From Candidatus Omnitrophota bacterium (GTDB lineage: Bacteria > Omnitrophota > Gorgyraeia > JAZDFF01): a stretch of DNA of 64,000 nt. The stretch lies in assembly GCA_043808095.1 (NCBI GenBank), contig JAZDFF010000020.1, positions 26,624 through 90,623 of the forward strand. Reading direction: 5' to 3'. The notes beneath the pieces are model-generated. The model worked only from the letters and a program-made list of their open reading frames with translations. It ran no database searches and was not told where the DNA came from. Positions 48,912 to 56,753 of the stretch are shown here, piece after piece; the first letter of the stretch is position 1; each line of letters starts with the position of its first letter. The position numbers and the translations under genes were made by a program.

Positions 48912-49754
48912 ATGACTGCTATTGATAAGTGTAAAACCAATGGAACACGAATGAATACTGATTCCCCCGAGAAATTTCAGAGAAATTTCCGGGACTTAGT
49001 CCCTGAAATTGCAATTAAAATTGCAATTTCTAGGGGCACACAAATAAACACGAATTTATCATCGGAATTTATTCGTGAGAATTCGTGTGCAATTCGTGAG
49101 AATTCGTGCATTAGTTATGCAAAGATTAATAATAAGAAAGCCCTAACCCTGCTTGAATTAATCATTGCCGTAAGTCTTTTGGGAGTTATTATCTTGGCAG
49201 CAACTACCTTTGATACGGCTATCCGCCAGAGTTTTAGACATTCTGATGTCCAGGTGCAACTTCTGACCGAGATTTCTCCAGCCCTGCAGCATATGACCAA
49301 AAATATTATGCAGGGGATTGGGGATGTGAGTAATCCAGGAATTAACATGACCAATGTAGCAGGAAATCTGGCTGTACGGGTAAGGACAAATATAGGCTTG
49401 GATAATCAAATTGCTACTATAGATGATGAGTGGAGGGCATACAGATATACTGGTTCTACAGGCCCCCCTATTGACGATTTTCAGATCTGGTATTATTTGC
49501 CTTATTTTAGCGCCACCGGAGCCCCCGGACTTAATGCTAATGATCCTCACGAGATCATTTCTCGAAGGGTATTTAACGCTACATTTATTCCTCTTCTAAA
49601 TAATTCTATTGTAGGCATTGATATTACTGCCTGCCAAGACCCGAATGAAGGCGATGTTAATGGTGATGGGACAGCTGATCCCTGCGGCAGTAGATTTAAT
49701 CCATCAGTTAATATTGCTACAACTATTAGTCTTCGGGCAGCCTCTTCAAACTAA
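48912..49754 (+). CDS. PilW-like minor pilin with a 70-aa repeat-derived leader insertion
   Basis: KKA|LTLLELIIAV signal at about residue 78. Confidence 0.82.
   Translation: MTAIDKCKTNGTRMNTDSPEKFQRNFRDLVPEIAIKIAISRGTQINTNLSSEFIRENSCAIRENSCISYAKINNKKALTLLELIIAVSLLGVIILAATTFDTAIRQSFRHSDVQVQLLTEISPALQHMTKNIMQGIGDVSNPGINMTNVAGNLAVRVRTNIGLDNQIATIDDEWRAYRYTGSTGPPIDDFQIWYYLPYFSATGAPGLNANDPHEIISRRVFNATFIPLLNNSIVGIDITACQDPNEGDVNGDGTADPCGSRFNPSVNIATTISLRAASSN
48919..49132. mobile_element. ~210-bp composite palindromic element, copy 2
   Basis: Closely similar to 41829-42039. Confidence 0.85.
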
Positions 49755-49912
49755 AAATTTAAATTAATCAAATGCCGGAAGATATTTCTTGTGGCGTTTT
49801 TTATTGCTAGTTCAATAAAGTAAAATATTCGGATTGCGATGATATTGCAAAAGGGGCCGTCCCGAATGTAGATATTTATTTTAGAAATTCGTCGGGATCC
49901 CGCAAAACAGGA

Positions 49913-49988
49913 GGGGCGGTAGTTCAGCTGGGAGAACGTCTCGTTCGCAACGAGGAGGTCGGCGGTTCGAATCCGCTCCGCTCCACCA
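49913..49988 (+). tRNA. tRNA-Ala (anticodon CGC)
   Basis: Cloverleaf GGGGCGG/CCGCTCC with G3:U70, anticodon loop TT-CGC-AA, GGTTCGAATCC T-arm and encoded CCA. Confidence 0.96.
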
Positions 49989-50047
49989 ATGTTTATTGCG
50001 GGAAATTCCCTCTAGCTCCATGGTGATGATTATAATAACTAAATACG

Positions 50048-50176
50048 GAGATTAGGCAATTAGGTTATCAGGATTTGGGAATTAGGATATTTGAAAAAAG
50101 ATACGGATGATAAAACTAATCCCCAAATCACCTGATACCCAGATCCCAATATCCTTATCTCCTAATACCCAAATTA
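50048..50176. repeat. Inverted array of ~8-bp units (GAGATTAG/GGTATCAG-like)
   Basis: gagattag gcaattag gttatcag gatttggg | ctaatccc caaatcac ctgatacc cagatccc. Confidence 0.8.
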
Positions 50177-50216
50177 TTAAAACAATAGAGTTTTTAATTA
50201 AGTGGTTTAATAAATA

Positions 50217-51314
50217 ATGAAAAGATTTATTCTTGCCACAATCTTTATCCTTTTTCTTATCGGTTTGTGTTTCTATCTTCCGCTTTTCGCTAAAACCAAT
50301 CCCCAATTAAAAGAGGCAAGATACTATCAAAGATTAGAAGGCACTACTGTTCAATGTCTTCTCTGCCCGCGAAAATGTATTATCCCGGATAAGAAAAGGG
50401 GTTTTTGCGGGGTGCGCGAAAATCACAGCGGTAAGCTCTATACCCTGGTCTATGGCCGGCCCTGCGCTGTGCATATTGATCCGATTGAGAAAAAACCTCT
50501 ATTTCATGTCTATCCAGGCGAGACCGCATTTTCTATTGCTACTGCCGGCTGTAACCTGCGCTGTAAATTCTGCCAGAACTGGCAGATTTCTCAGAGTCTG
50601 CCTGAAGAGGTTGAGGCAGTAGATTTGTCCCCTGAAGAGCTGGTTAAAAAGGCAGAATTAAGCGGGGCGCCTGTCATCGCCTATACCTATTCTGAGCCGA
50701 CCATATTTTATGAATATATGTTAGAAACGGCAAAATTAGCCCAATTAGATGGCCTAAAAAATGTCATGCATTCGGCCGGCCACATTAATGAAGCGCCGCT
50801 TAGGGAATTATGTAAATATCTGGATGCGGCCAATATCGATTTAAAAGGCTTTACCCAAAAATATTACGACGAGATGTGTCTGGGTAATTTAGATTCGGTT
50901 TTACGCACTTTAAAGATATTGAAAGAAGAAGGCGTACATATTGAAATTACGAATTTGATTCTTCCCGGCCTGAATGACGATTCCGAGACTATACGTAAGA
51001 TGTGCATTTGGATCCGCGAAAATTTAGGCAAAGACACACCGGTTCATTTTTCGCGTTTCTGGCCGATGTATAAGCTTACGCAACTAAGTCCCACACCGGT
51101 TGATACGCTAATACAGGCAAGAAGGATTTGTCAAAGCGAAGGCCTGAATTATTGTTATATCGGCAATGTCCCGGGCATTGAGGCCGAGAATACCTATTGT
51201 CCTAACTGCAGAAAACTCTTAATTGAGAGAAGAGGCTATGCAGTTTTACAAATGCATGTTAGAAAAGGAAGGTGTGAATACTGTGGATATGAGATTAAAG
51301 GGATTTACAGATAA
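50217..51314 (+). CDS. amrS: AmmeMemoRadiSam system radical SAM enzyme with an N-terminal signal/TM segment
   Basis: CLLCPRKC, DPIEKKPL, GCNLRCKFCQNWQIS, YTYSEP and HFSRF.P.YK motifs. Confidence 0.92.
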   Translation: MKRFILATIFILFLIGLCFYLPLFAKTNPQLKEARYYQRLEGTTVQCLLCPRKCIIPDKKRGFCGVRENHSGKLYTLVYGRPCAVHIDPIEKKPLFHVYPGETAFSIATAGCNLRCKFCQNWQISQSLPEEVEAVDLSPEELVKKAELSGAPVIAYTYSEPTIFYEYMLETAKLAQLDGLKNVMHSAGHINEAPLRELCKYLDAANIDLKGFTQKYYDEMCLGNLDSVLRTLKILKEEGVHIEITNLILPGLNDDSETIRKMCIWIRENLGKDTPVHFSRFWPMYKLTQLSPTPVDTLIQARRICQSEGLNYCYIGNVPGIEAENTYCPNCRKLLIERRGYAVLQMHVRKGRCEYCGYEIKGIYR

Positions 51315-52830
51315 AATTAAATACAAGATACCTGCCTCGCCGGCGGGCAGGCTAGATACAAGATACAAGAAAATAATTTTTGCTTTTGTATTTTTTCTCT
51401 CTACTCTCTTCTCTCTGCTCTCTACCCCGTGTAATGCCCAGGGGTATAAACAACCGGTAGTTGCCGGGTTATTTTATCCCAAAGACCCGGTTATCCTTTC
51501 CAATAAAATTGATCAATTTCTATCCCAGTCAAAACCCCCTGCGATTGAAGGCGATATCAAGGCGATAATTGTCCCGCATGCCGGATATGATTATTCAGGC
51601 CGAGTTGCGGCCTTTGCCTATAATGTAATTAAAGGCAAACCCTACAAGACAGTAATTATCTTAGGGCCTAGCCATTACCTTGATTTTAAAGGTGCCTCAG
51701 TTTATCCGGAAGGCACATTCATTACTCCCTTAGGGTCGGTTAAGATTGATTCTTTAGCCAAGAGGCTTATTGATAAAAACTCTACAAGCATTTCTTTTAT
51801 TGAAGAGGCTTTTTCCAAAGAGCATTCCGTTGAAGTTCAGATTCCATTTTTACAAAAGGTCCTTCGTGGCTTCGAAATTGTCCCCGTTGTAATCGGCTAT
51901 AGTACAGACTTTGCTGCCTGCCAGGAGATCGCCTCTAAAATCGGCGCCTTGATTCAAGGCCGAGACGATGTCTTGATTGTGGCAAGCACCGATATGTATC
52001 ACGGTTATAATTATCAGCAGGCAAATAGTATTGATGAATCCACCCTTAATGCAATCCAAAAAATGGACCCCCAGGAATTATATAACGGCGCTTTATTTGA
52101 TAAGTATCAGCTTTGCGGCTTGCGTGCTGTGGTTGTTGCCCAGTTAGTCGCAAAAGGCATAGGGTTCGATAGTGTAAAGATTTTAGATCACGCTAATTCC
52201 AAAGATAAAACCAGCGCAGATTATTGCGTAGGTTATAGCGCTACTGTTATCTATAAAGGTAAAGACAGGGGAGGGCATGAGATGTTATCCAAAGAACAGC
52301 GAAAAAAACTGCTTGAGATTGCCCGTTTGACGATTGAAGGGTATCTTAATACCGGGAAGGTAAAAGAATTTGAGATTTCTGATGACACATTTTTAAAACC
52401 CAAAGGGGTATTTGTCACTCTTCATAAGGATGGCAAACTCAGAGGTTGTATCGGAAATATTATTAGCCAAGACCCATTGTATATCGGAGTAAGGAATATG
52501 GCAATTGCCTCGGCAGCTGAAGACCCCAGATTCCCGCGCCTGACCAAGGAGGAATTAGCTAATGTCGACATCGAGATATCCGTGCTTTCCGAACCCAAAA
52601 AGGTTTATAATATCGATGAGATTAAAATGGGCGTTCACGGAGTAATTGTCAGAAAAGGGTTCCATAACGGAGTATTCTTACCCCAGGTAGCTACCGAGAC
52701 AGGTTGGAAGAGAGAAGAATTTCTTTCCTATCTTTGTGCCCATAAGGCAGGCCTTGACCCTATGGCCTGGAAGGATAAAGATACCCAGCTATTTACTTTT
52801 ACAGCTGAGGTATTCTCGGAGAAAGATTAA
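51289..52830 (+). CDS. AmmeMemoRadiSam protein B (Memo-like) fused to protein A (AMMECR1), with signal peptide
   Basis: VAGLFYP, PHAGYDYSG and EHSVEVQIPF; then GVFVTL..LRGCIG, DPRF and FLPQVA; start at ATG 51289 is inferred. Confidence 0.9.
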   Translation: MRLKGFTDKIKYKIPASPAGRLDTRYKKIIFAFVFFLSTLFSLLSTPCNAQGYKQPVVAGLFYPKDPVILSNKIDQFLSQSKPPAIEGDIKAIIVPHAGYDYSGRVAAFAYNVIKGKPYKTVIILGPSHYLDFKGASVYPEGTFITPLGSVKIDSLAKRLIDKNSTSISFIEEAFSKEHSVEVQIPFLQKVLRGFEIVPVVIGYSTDFAACQEIASKIGALIQGRDDVLIVASTDMYHGYNYQQANSIDESTLNAIQKMDPQELYNGALFDKYQLCGLRAVVVAQLVAKGIGFDSVKILDHANSKDKTSADYCVGYSATVIYKGKDRGGHEMLSKEQRKKLLEIARLTIEGYLNTGKVKEFEISDDTFLKPKGVFVTLHKDGKLRGCIGNIISQDPLYIGVRNMAIASAAEDPRFPRLTKEELANVDIEISVLSEPKKVYNIDEIKMGVHGVIVRKGFHNGVFLPQVATETGWKREEFLSYLCAHKAGLDPMAWKDKDTQLFTFTAEVFSEKD

Positions 52831-52856
52831 AATAATATTTAAAAAACTACTAGCGT

Positions 52857-52947
52857 CACCGCAAAAACGCTAAAACCCGCAAAGACGCAAAGAATTTATC
52901 GACGATAAAATTTTGCGCTTTTGCGGAACTTTTGCGGTTTAACGGTG
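52857..52947. repeat. CGCAAA-family inverted periodic element
   Basis: caccgcaaaaacgctaaaacccgcaaagacgcaaa..tcgacga..tttgcgcttttgcggaacttttgcggtttaacggtg. Confidence 0.85.
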
Positions 52948-52974
52948 TAAACGCATTCTCATACTTTAAAATTA

Positions 52975-53631
52975 ATGTTTAGAATTGCGGTCAGTCTTTT
53001 CTTAAGCGGCCTGCTCTTAGGTTCAGGTCCATGTCTAGCCAGTTGCGGTCCATTTTTAATCTCTTTTATTGGCGCCCAGGCCAACACCCCTAAAAAAGGA
53101 ATTTTAATCTATTTGATTTTTTCAGTTAGTCGTATCTTCGTTTACTTGCTCTTAGGTCTTCTGGCGGGCTTGTTCAGTCAAGAAATAATTCATAAGATAT
53201 TTAGCCAGGATAGTCTAATATTTTCCATTGTCGGATTATTCATCGTATTTTTGGGGTTATTAATTATTATCAAGGATAAAACTGATATAAGGGCCTGCCG
53301 ATTTTTAAATCAGAGGCTCATTAAAAATGATACTAAATCCGTAATTATCTCGGGGATATTATTCGGGATTAGCCCGTGTCTTCCCTTAATCGGGATTATC
53401 TCGTATGTCAGCCTCATTTCCAAGACAATCTTAGTTTCGGTGATTTTAATGTTTTGTTTCGGATTGGGAACGCTTCTGTCGCCACTGTTATTATTAAGTA
53501 TAGTCGCAGGTGCAGTCCCTAAATTATTTAAGAATCAAGAAAGGTTTTTCAATTTGTTTAAAATCCTCTGCGGCCTAATAATTGTTGGATTAGGCTTAAA
53601 GATGTTATTAAGCGTATTTTTAAACTCATAA
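52975..53631 (+). CDS. DsbD_2 / TauE-SafE-like membrane protein (two Cys motifs)
   Basis: GPCLASCGP and GISPCLP motifs, FGLGT; about 6 TM helices. Confidence 0.78.
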   Translation: MFRIAVSLFLSGLLLGSGPCLASCGPFLISFIGAQANTPKKGILIYLIFSVSRIFVYLLLGLLAGLFSQEIIHKIFSQDSLIFSIVGLFIVFLGLLIIIKDKTDIRACRFLNQRLIKNDTKSVIISGILFGISPCLPLIGIISYVSLISKTILVSVILMFCFGLGTLLSPLLLLSIVAGAVPKLFKNQERFFNLFKILCGLIIVGLGLKMLLSVFLNS

Positions 53632-53635
53632 AAAT

Positions 53636-54382
53636 ATGGTTAGGTTATTTTTGCCCTGCCTGGATTCAAAAAAGAAATCGGTGTCAGTTAACGATAAAGA
53701 GAATCTGCATTATTTATTAAACGTACTAAGAGTAAAGTGTGGCCAGGGCATCAATATCTTTAACGGCCATGGCGCTGAATTTATCGGGTCGATAAAGGAA
53801 ATAAATCAAAGAGAAATTTTTATTAAGATAACCAGAAAAATAATTACGCTCGTTAATGATTTTAAAATTACCCTTGCCTGCGCTATTCCGAAAAAGGCAA
53901 AATTTGATTTTATCGTCGAGAAAGCAACTGAATTAGGAGTAGAAACAATTATTCCCTTAAAAACAGACCATGGCATTGTCAATCTTGATAACGAAAGGTT
54001 TTCCTTAAAATTAGTGCGTTGGAGAAAGATTGCCCAGGAGGCATCGCGTCAATCCCATAGGGTTGTTTTACCGAGGATAGAAGGGCTGCTTACATTTGAC
54101 GAAGTTATAACTAGAGTTAAGTCATTTGAGCTGGCGATGTTGGCCTGTCTTAGTGAAAAAAGAATAATTCTTCAAGAGGCCCTGAAAAATTCTAAAGCAA
54201 AAAATGTCTTGGTTTTTATTGGGCCGGAGGGGGACTTTAGCCAAAAAGAAATCCTAAAGGCAAAACAAGCAGGTTGTATCCCGGTAAGTTTTGGCAAAGA
54301 GGTTTTAAAGGTTGATACCGCGGCGCTTTATGTGATTAGTATATTAAAATTTTTGTCTTATAAAGCCTTGTCAAATAAATAA
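53636..54382 (+). CDS. rsmE: 16S rRNA m3U1498 methyltransferase
   Basis: HYLLNVLR, EKATELGV, EASRQS, IGPEGDF and LKVDTA motifs. Confidence 0.95.
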   Translation: MVRLFLPCLDSKKKSVSVNDKENLHYLLNVLRVKCGQGINIFNGHGAEFIGSIKEINQREIFIKITRKIITLVNDFKITLACAIPKKAKFDFIVEKATELGVETIIPLKTDHGIVNLDNERFSLKLVRWRKIAQEASRQSHRVVLPRIEGLLTFDEVITRVKSFELAMLACLSEKRIILQEALKNSKAKNVLVFIGPEGDFSQKEILKAKQAGCIPVSFGKEVLKVDTAALYVISILKFLSYKALSNK

Positions 54383-54387
54383 AGGCA

Positions 54388-54473
54388 TGATTACAGAGAT
54401 TAAAAAATAGATTCCGGTGATTATTTTCTCGTCGATAAATCACTGTAATCTCTTTTGAAAATCACTGTGATCA
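54388..54473. repeat. GATTACAG-family inverted periodic element
   Basis: tgattacagagatt..gattccggtgatt..tcgtcga..aatcactgtaatc..aatcactgtgatca; the sister copy lies inside 39229-39382. Confidence 0.8.
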
Positions 54474-54510
54474 ATACAATCATTATTTAGTTTACAGTGC
54501 ATTATAAAAG

Positions 54511-55818
54511 ATGAATAACAATACTTTTAAAATTTTAACACTCGGCTGTAAGGTCAACCAGTATGAATCAGAGGCCATAAGAGAATTATTCTTAAAAAAT
54601 GGTTTTAGAGAAATCGATAATGGCAAGTGTGCAGGGCTTTATATTATCAATAGCTGTACTGTGACCCAAAAAAGCGACAGCGAAGGCCTGAGACTTCTCA
54701 GGCACCTTAGCCAAAAAAATCCCCGGGCAAAGATAATCTTTACTGGTTGTTTTGTTGAGGACAAAATGAACGTAGAACATCTAAGAAATCTCTGTTTAAG
54801 CAATTTAGTTATTGCCAAAAACTCAATGAAACCAGGGTTGGCAGACCTCATACTGGATAAGACAGATGGAGTAAAGGAATCTTTGATTTTGGATTTAAAG
54901 ATCAGCGATTTTAAGAATCATTCCCGGGCCTTTTTAAAAGTTCAAGATGGCTGCAATAATCGTTGTTCCTATTGCAAGGTGCCTTTTGTGCGCGGCCCAT
55001 CTAGAAGCAGGGAGTCCTGCCAGATAAAAGAAGAGTTCTCCGGGTTGCTTGAAAAAGGTTTTAAAGAGATAGTAATCTGCGGCGTATGTTTAGGGGATTT
55101 TGGCAAAGATTTAAGTCTCAAGATAGGGCTTACTGATTTATTGGAAGATTTAGAAGGGATTAAGGCTGATTTTCGTATCCGCTTAAGTTCCATTGAGGCC
55201 AGCGATGTCACGCCGAGGCTCATTGATCATATGTCAGCCTCTGGAAAATTGTGCCCGCATCTACACATACCATTTCAAAGCGGAGACGATGAAATGCTTC
55301 TGGCCATGCATAGAAAATTCAAAAATACAGATTACTTAAAATTATTAGACCGGATAAGAAAGAAGATACCTCAGGTGGCCATAACCTCGGATATTATCGT
55401 CGGTTTTCCCGGTGAAGAAGCGAGTCATTTCAAAAATACCTTAGATTTTATCAAGAAGGCCTTGCCTTGCCGTTTACATATATTCCCTTATAGCCCAAGA
55501 CCAGGGACCCTTAGTTTTCTAAAAACCAATCGGCCTTCATCTAGGGTTGTGAAAGAAAGAATGAAAGAGCTGGCGGCTTTAGCCAGAGAAATATCTTATA
55601 ACTACAGAAAACGCTTTTTGAATAAGGAAGTTATTGTCTTGACAGAAGGCACTTGCGATAAAAAAACAGGACTCTCAAACGGTTATTCTGAATGCTATAT
55701 TAAGGTCTTTTTCAAAGGCAATGACGGGTTAAAAAATAACCTAGTCCCAGTTTGGATTAAGGAGGTTTCAGTAGACTCTACAAAAGGCCAAATGAGACCC
55801 GGGTTTATGGAGCGATAG
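54511..55818 (+). CDS. mtaB: tRNA t6A37 methylthiotransferase
   Basis: TLGCKVNQYES, INSCTVT, KVQDGCNNRCSYC and HIFPYSPRPGT motifs. Confidence 0.92.
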   Translation: MNNNTFKILTLGCKVNQYESEAIRELFLKNGFREIDNGKCAGLYIINSCTVTQKSDSEGLRLLRHLSQKNPRAKIIFTGCFVEDKMNVEHLRNLCLSNLVIAKNSMKPGLADLILDKTDGVKESLILDLKISDFKNHSRAFLKVQDGCNNRCSYCKVPFVRGPSRSRESCQIKEEFSGLLEKGFKEIVICGVCLGDFGKDLSLKIGLTDLLEDLEGIKADFRIRLSSIEASDVTPRLIDHMSASGKLCPHLHIPFQSGDDEMLLAMHRKFKNTDYLKLLDRIRKKIPQVAITSDIIVGFPGEEASHFKNTLDFIKKALPCRLHIFPYSPRPGTLSFLKTNRPSSRVVKERMKELAALAREISYNYRKRFLNKEVIVLTEGTCDKKTGLSNGYSECYIKVFFKGNDGLKNNLVPVWIKEVSVDSTKGQMRPGFMER

Positions 55819-55977
55819 CGCCCGCCATAAATCGTTGGCGGGTCCGCCTATATTTAGTGGCGGAAACGTAAGTTATTACCTGAATTTGTCCCGCCCTTTT
55901 GGATAGCTAACACGGCGGTTTAATGAACCAAAAGGGTAGGATTAATTCCTGCCGGCAGGCAAGCGCAGACACTCATT
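55791..55977. repeat. ATGA...TCAT scaffold element (copy F) overlapping the mtaB 3' end
   Basis: aatga..[cccgccataaatcgttggcgggtccgcc..ggcgga]..gaatttg-[tcccgcccttttgg..ccaaaagggtagga]-ttaattc-cctgccggcagg..tcatt. Confidence 0.75.
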
Positions 55978-55992
55978 AAAGGTAGCGCTTCC

Positions 55993-56021
55993 TTGACATA
56001 ACTCGCATTATATGTTATACT
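55993..56021 (+). promoter_or_regulatory. Sigma70 promoter for cvpA-nif3-dnaG-rpoD
   Basis: TTGACA-17bp-TATACT with extended TG. Confidence 0.8.
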
Positions 56022-56048
56022 TTCATGAATTTTCTTCTTAATAATAAG

Positions 56049-56645
56049 ATGGCCTCATTTTTTAAAAATCTAAATTGGATTGATATTCTTGTTCTAACTA
56101 TAATACTTAGAACCAGTTACATAGGTTTACGCCGTGGTTTTGTTATCGAGTTTTTTAAGGGCATAGGTCTATTTTTCGGCCTGTTTATTTCTTTACATTA
56201 CTATAGCAAATTAACGGAGTTTCTTAATAAGCTCACGCCAGTACCCGCTGACTTTTTAGAACCCCTCGTCCTTTTAAGTATATTAATCTTAATAGTCTTA
56301 GGGTTTAAGTTTATTCGGGATGCCATACTTTTACTTTTTAAAATTGAACCTAAGACGTACTTGGACAGATGGGGCGGGGCATTTCTTGGGATAGTGCGTT
56401 CAGTTTTAGTAGCTAGTTTGGTTCTATTAGGCCTGGTTTTTTTCCCGATAGATTATTTTAAAAAAAGTATTTTTGGTTCTACTATGGGCGTTACTTTAGT
56501 TAAGGTAGCACCCAGGGTATATGAATCAAGTTTCGAGAATTTCTTTCGCCTGTTTTTTCCACAGGAAGAATTAAATAAAGCCATCTTTATTAAACTCGAA
56601 AAAAAAGAATCTCCCAAAAAGGTACCGCAAAGAACGCAAAAGTAG
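56049..56645 (+). CDS. cvpA: CvpA-family membrane protein
   Basis: NWIDI, G.RRGF..E and LDRWGGAFLG..R patterns; ATG 56049 preferred because 56025 lies upstream of the predicted TSS. Confidence 0.85.
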   Translation: MASFFKNLNWIDILVLTIILRTSYIGLRRGFVIEFFKGIGLFFGLFISLHYYSKLTEFLNKLTPVPADFLEPLVLLSILILIVLGFKFIRDAILLLFKIEPKTYLDRWGGAFLGIVRSVLVASLVLLGLVFFPIDYFKKSIFGSTMGVTLVKVAPRVYESSFENFFRLFFPQEELNKAIFIKLEKKESPKKVPQRTQK

Positions 56646-56735
56646 ATAGTGAATAAAGACACCGCAAAAACGCAAAAGAAATTTTTGTGCTTTGGCGATA
56701 TCATATTGAAAAACTAAAATTTTGCGCTTTTGCGA
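56624..56735. repeat. CGCAAA-family element overlapping the cvpA stop
   Basis: accgcaaagaacgcaaa..accgcaaaaacgcaaa..tttgtgctttggcga..tttgcgcttttgcga. Confidence 0.85.
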
Positions 56736-56753
56736 TAAAAAAAGGAGGAAGAA

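Noticed and set aside
41829-49132. Diversity-generating retroelement TR/VR pair
   Set aside because: The differences are not adenine-specific, the repeats are N-terminal and palindromic, and there is no reverse transcriptase in the window.
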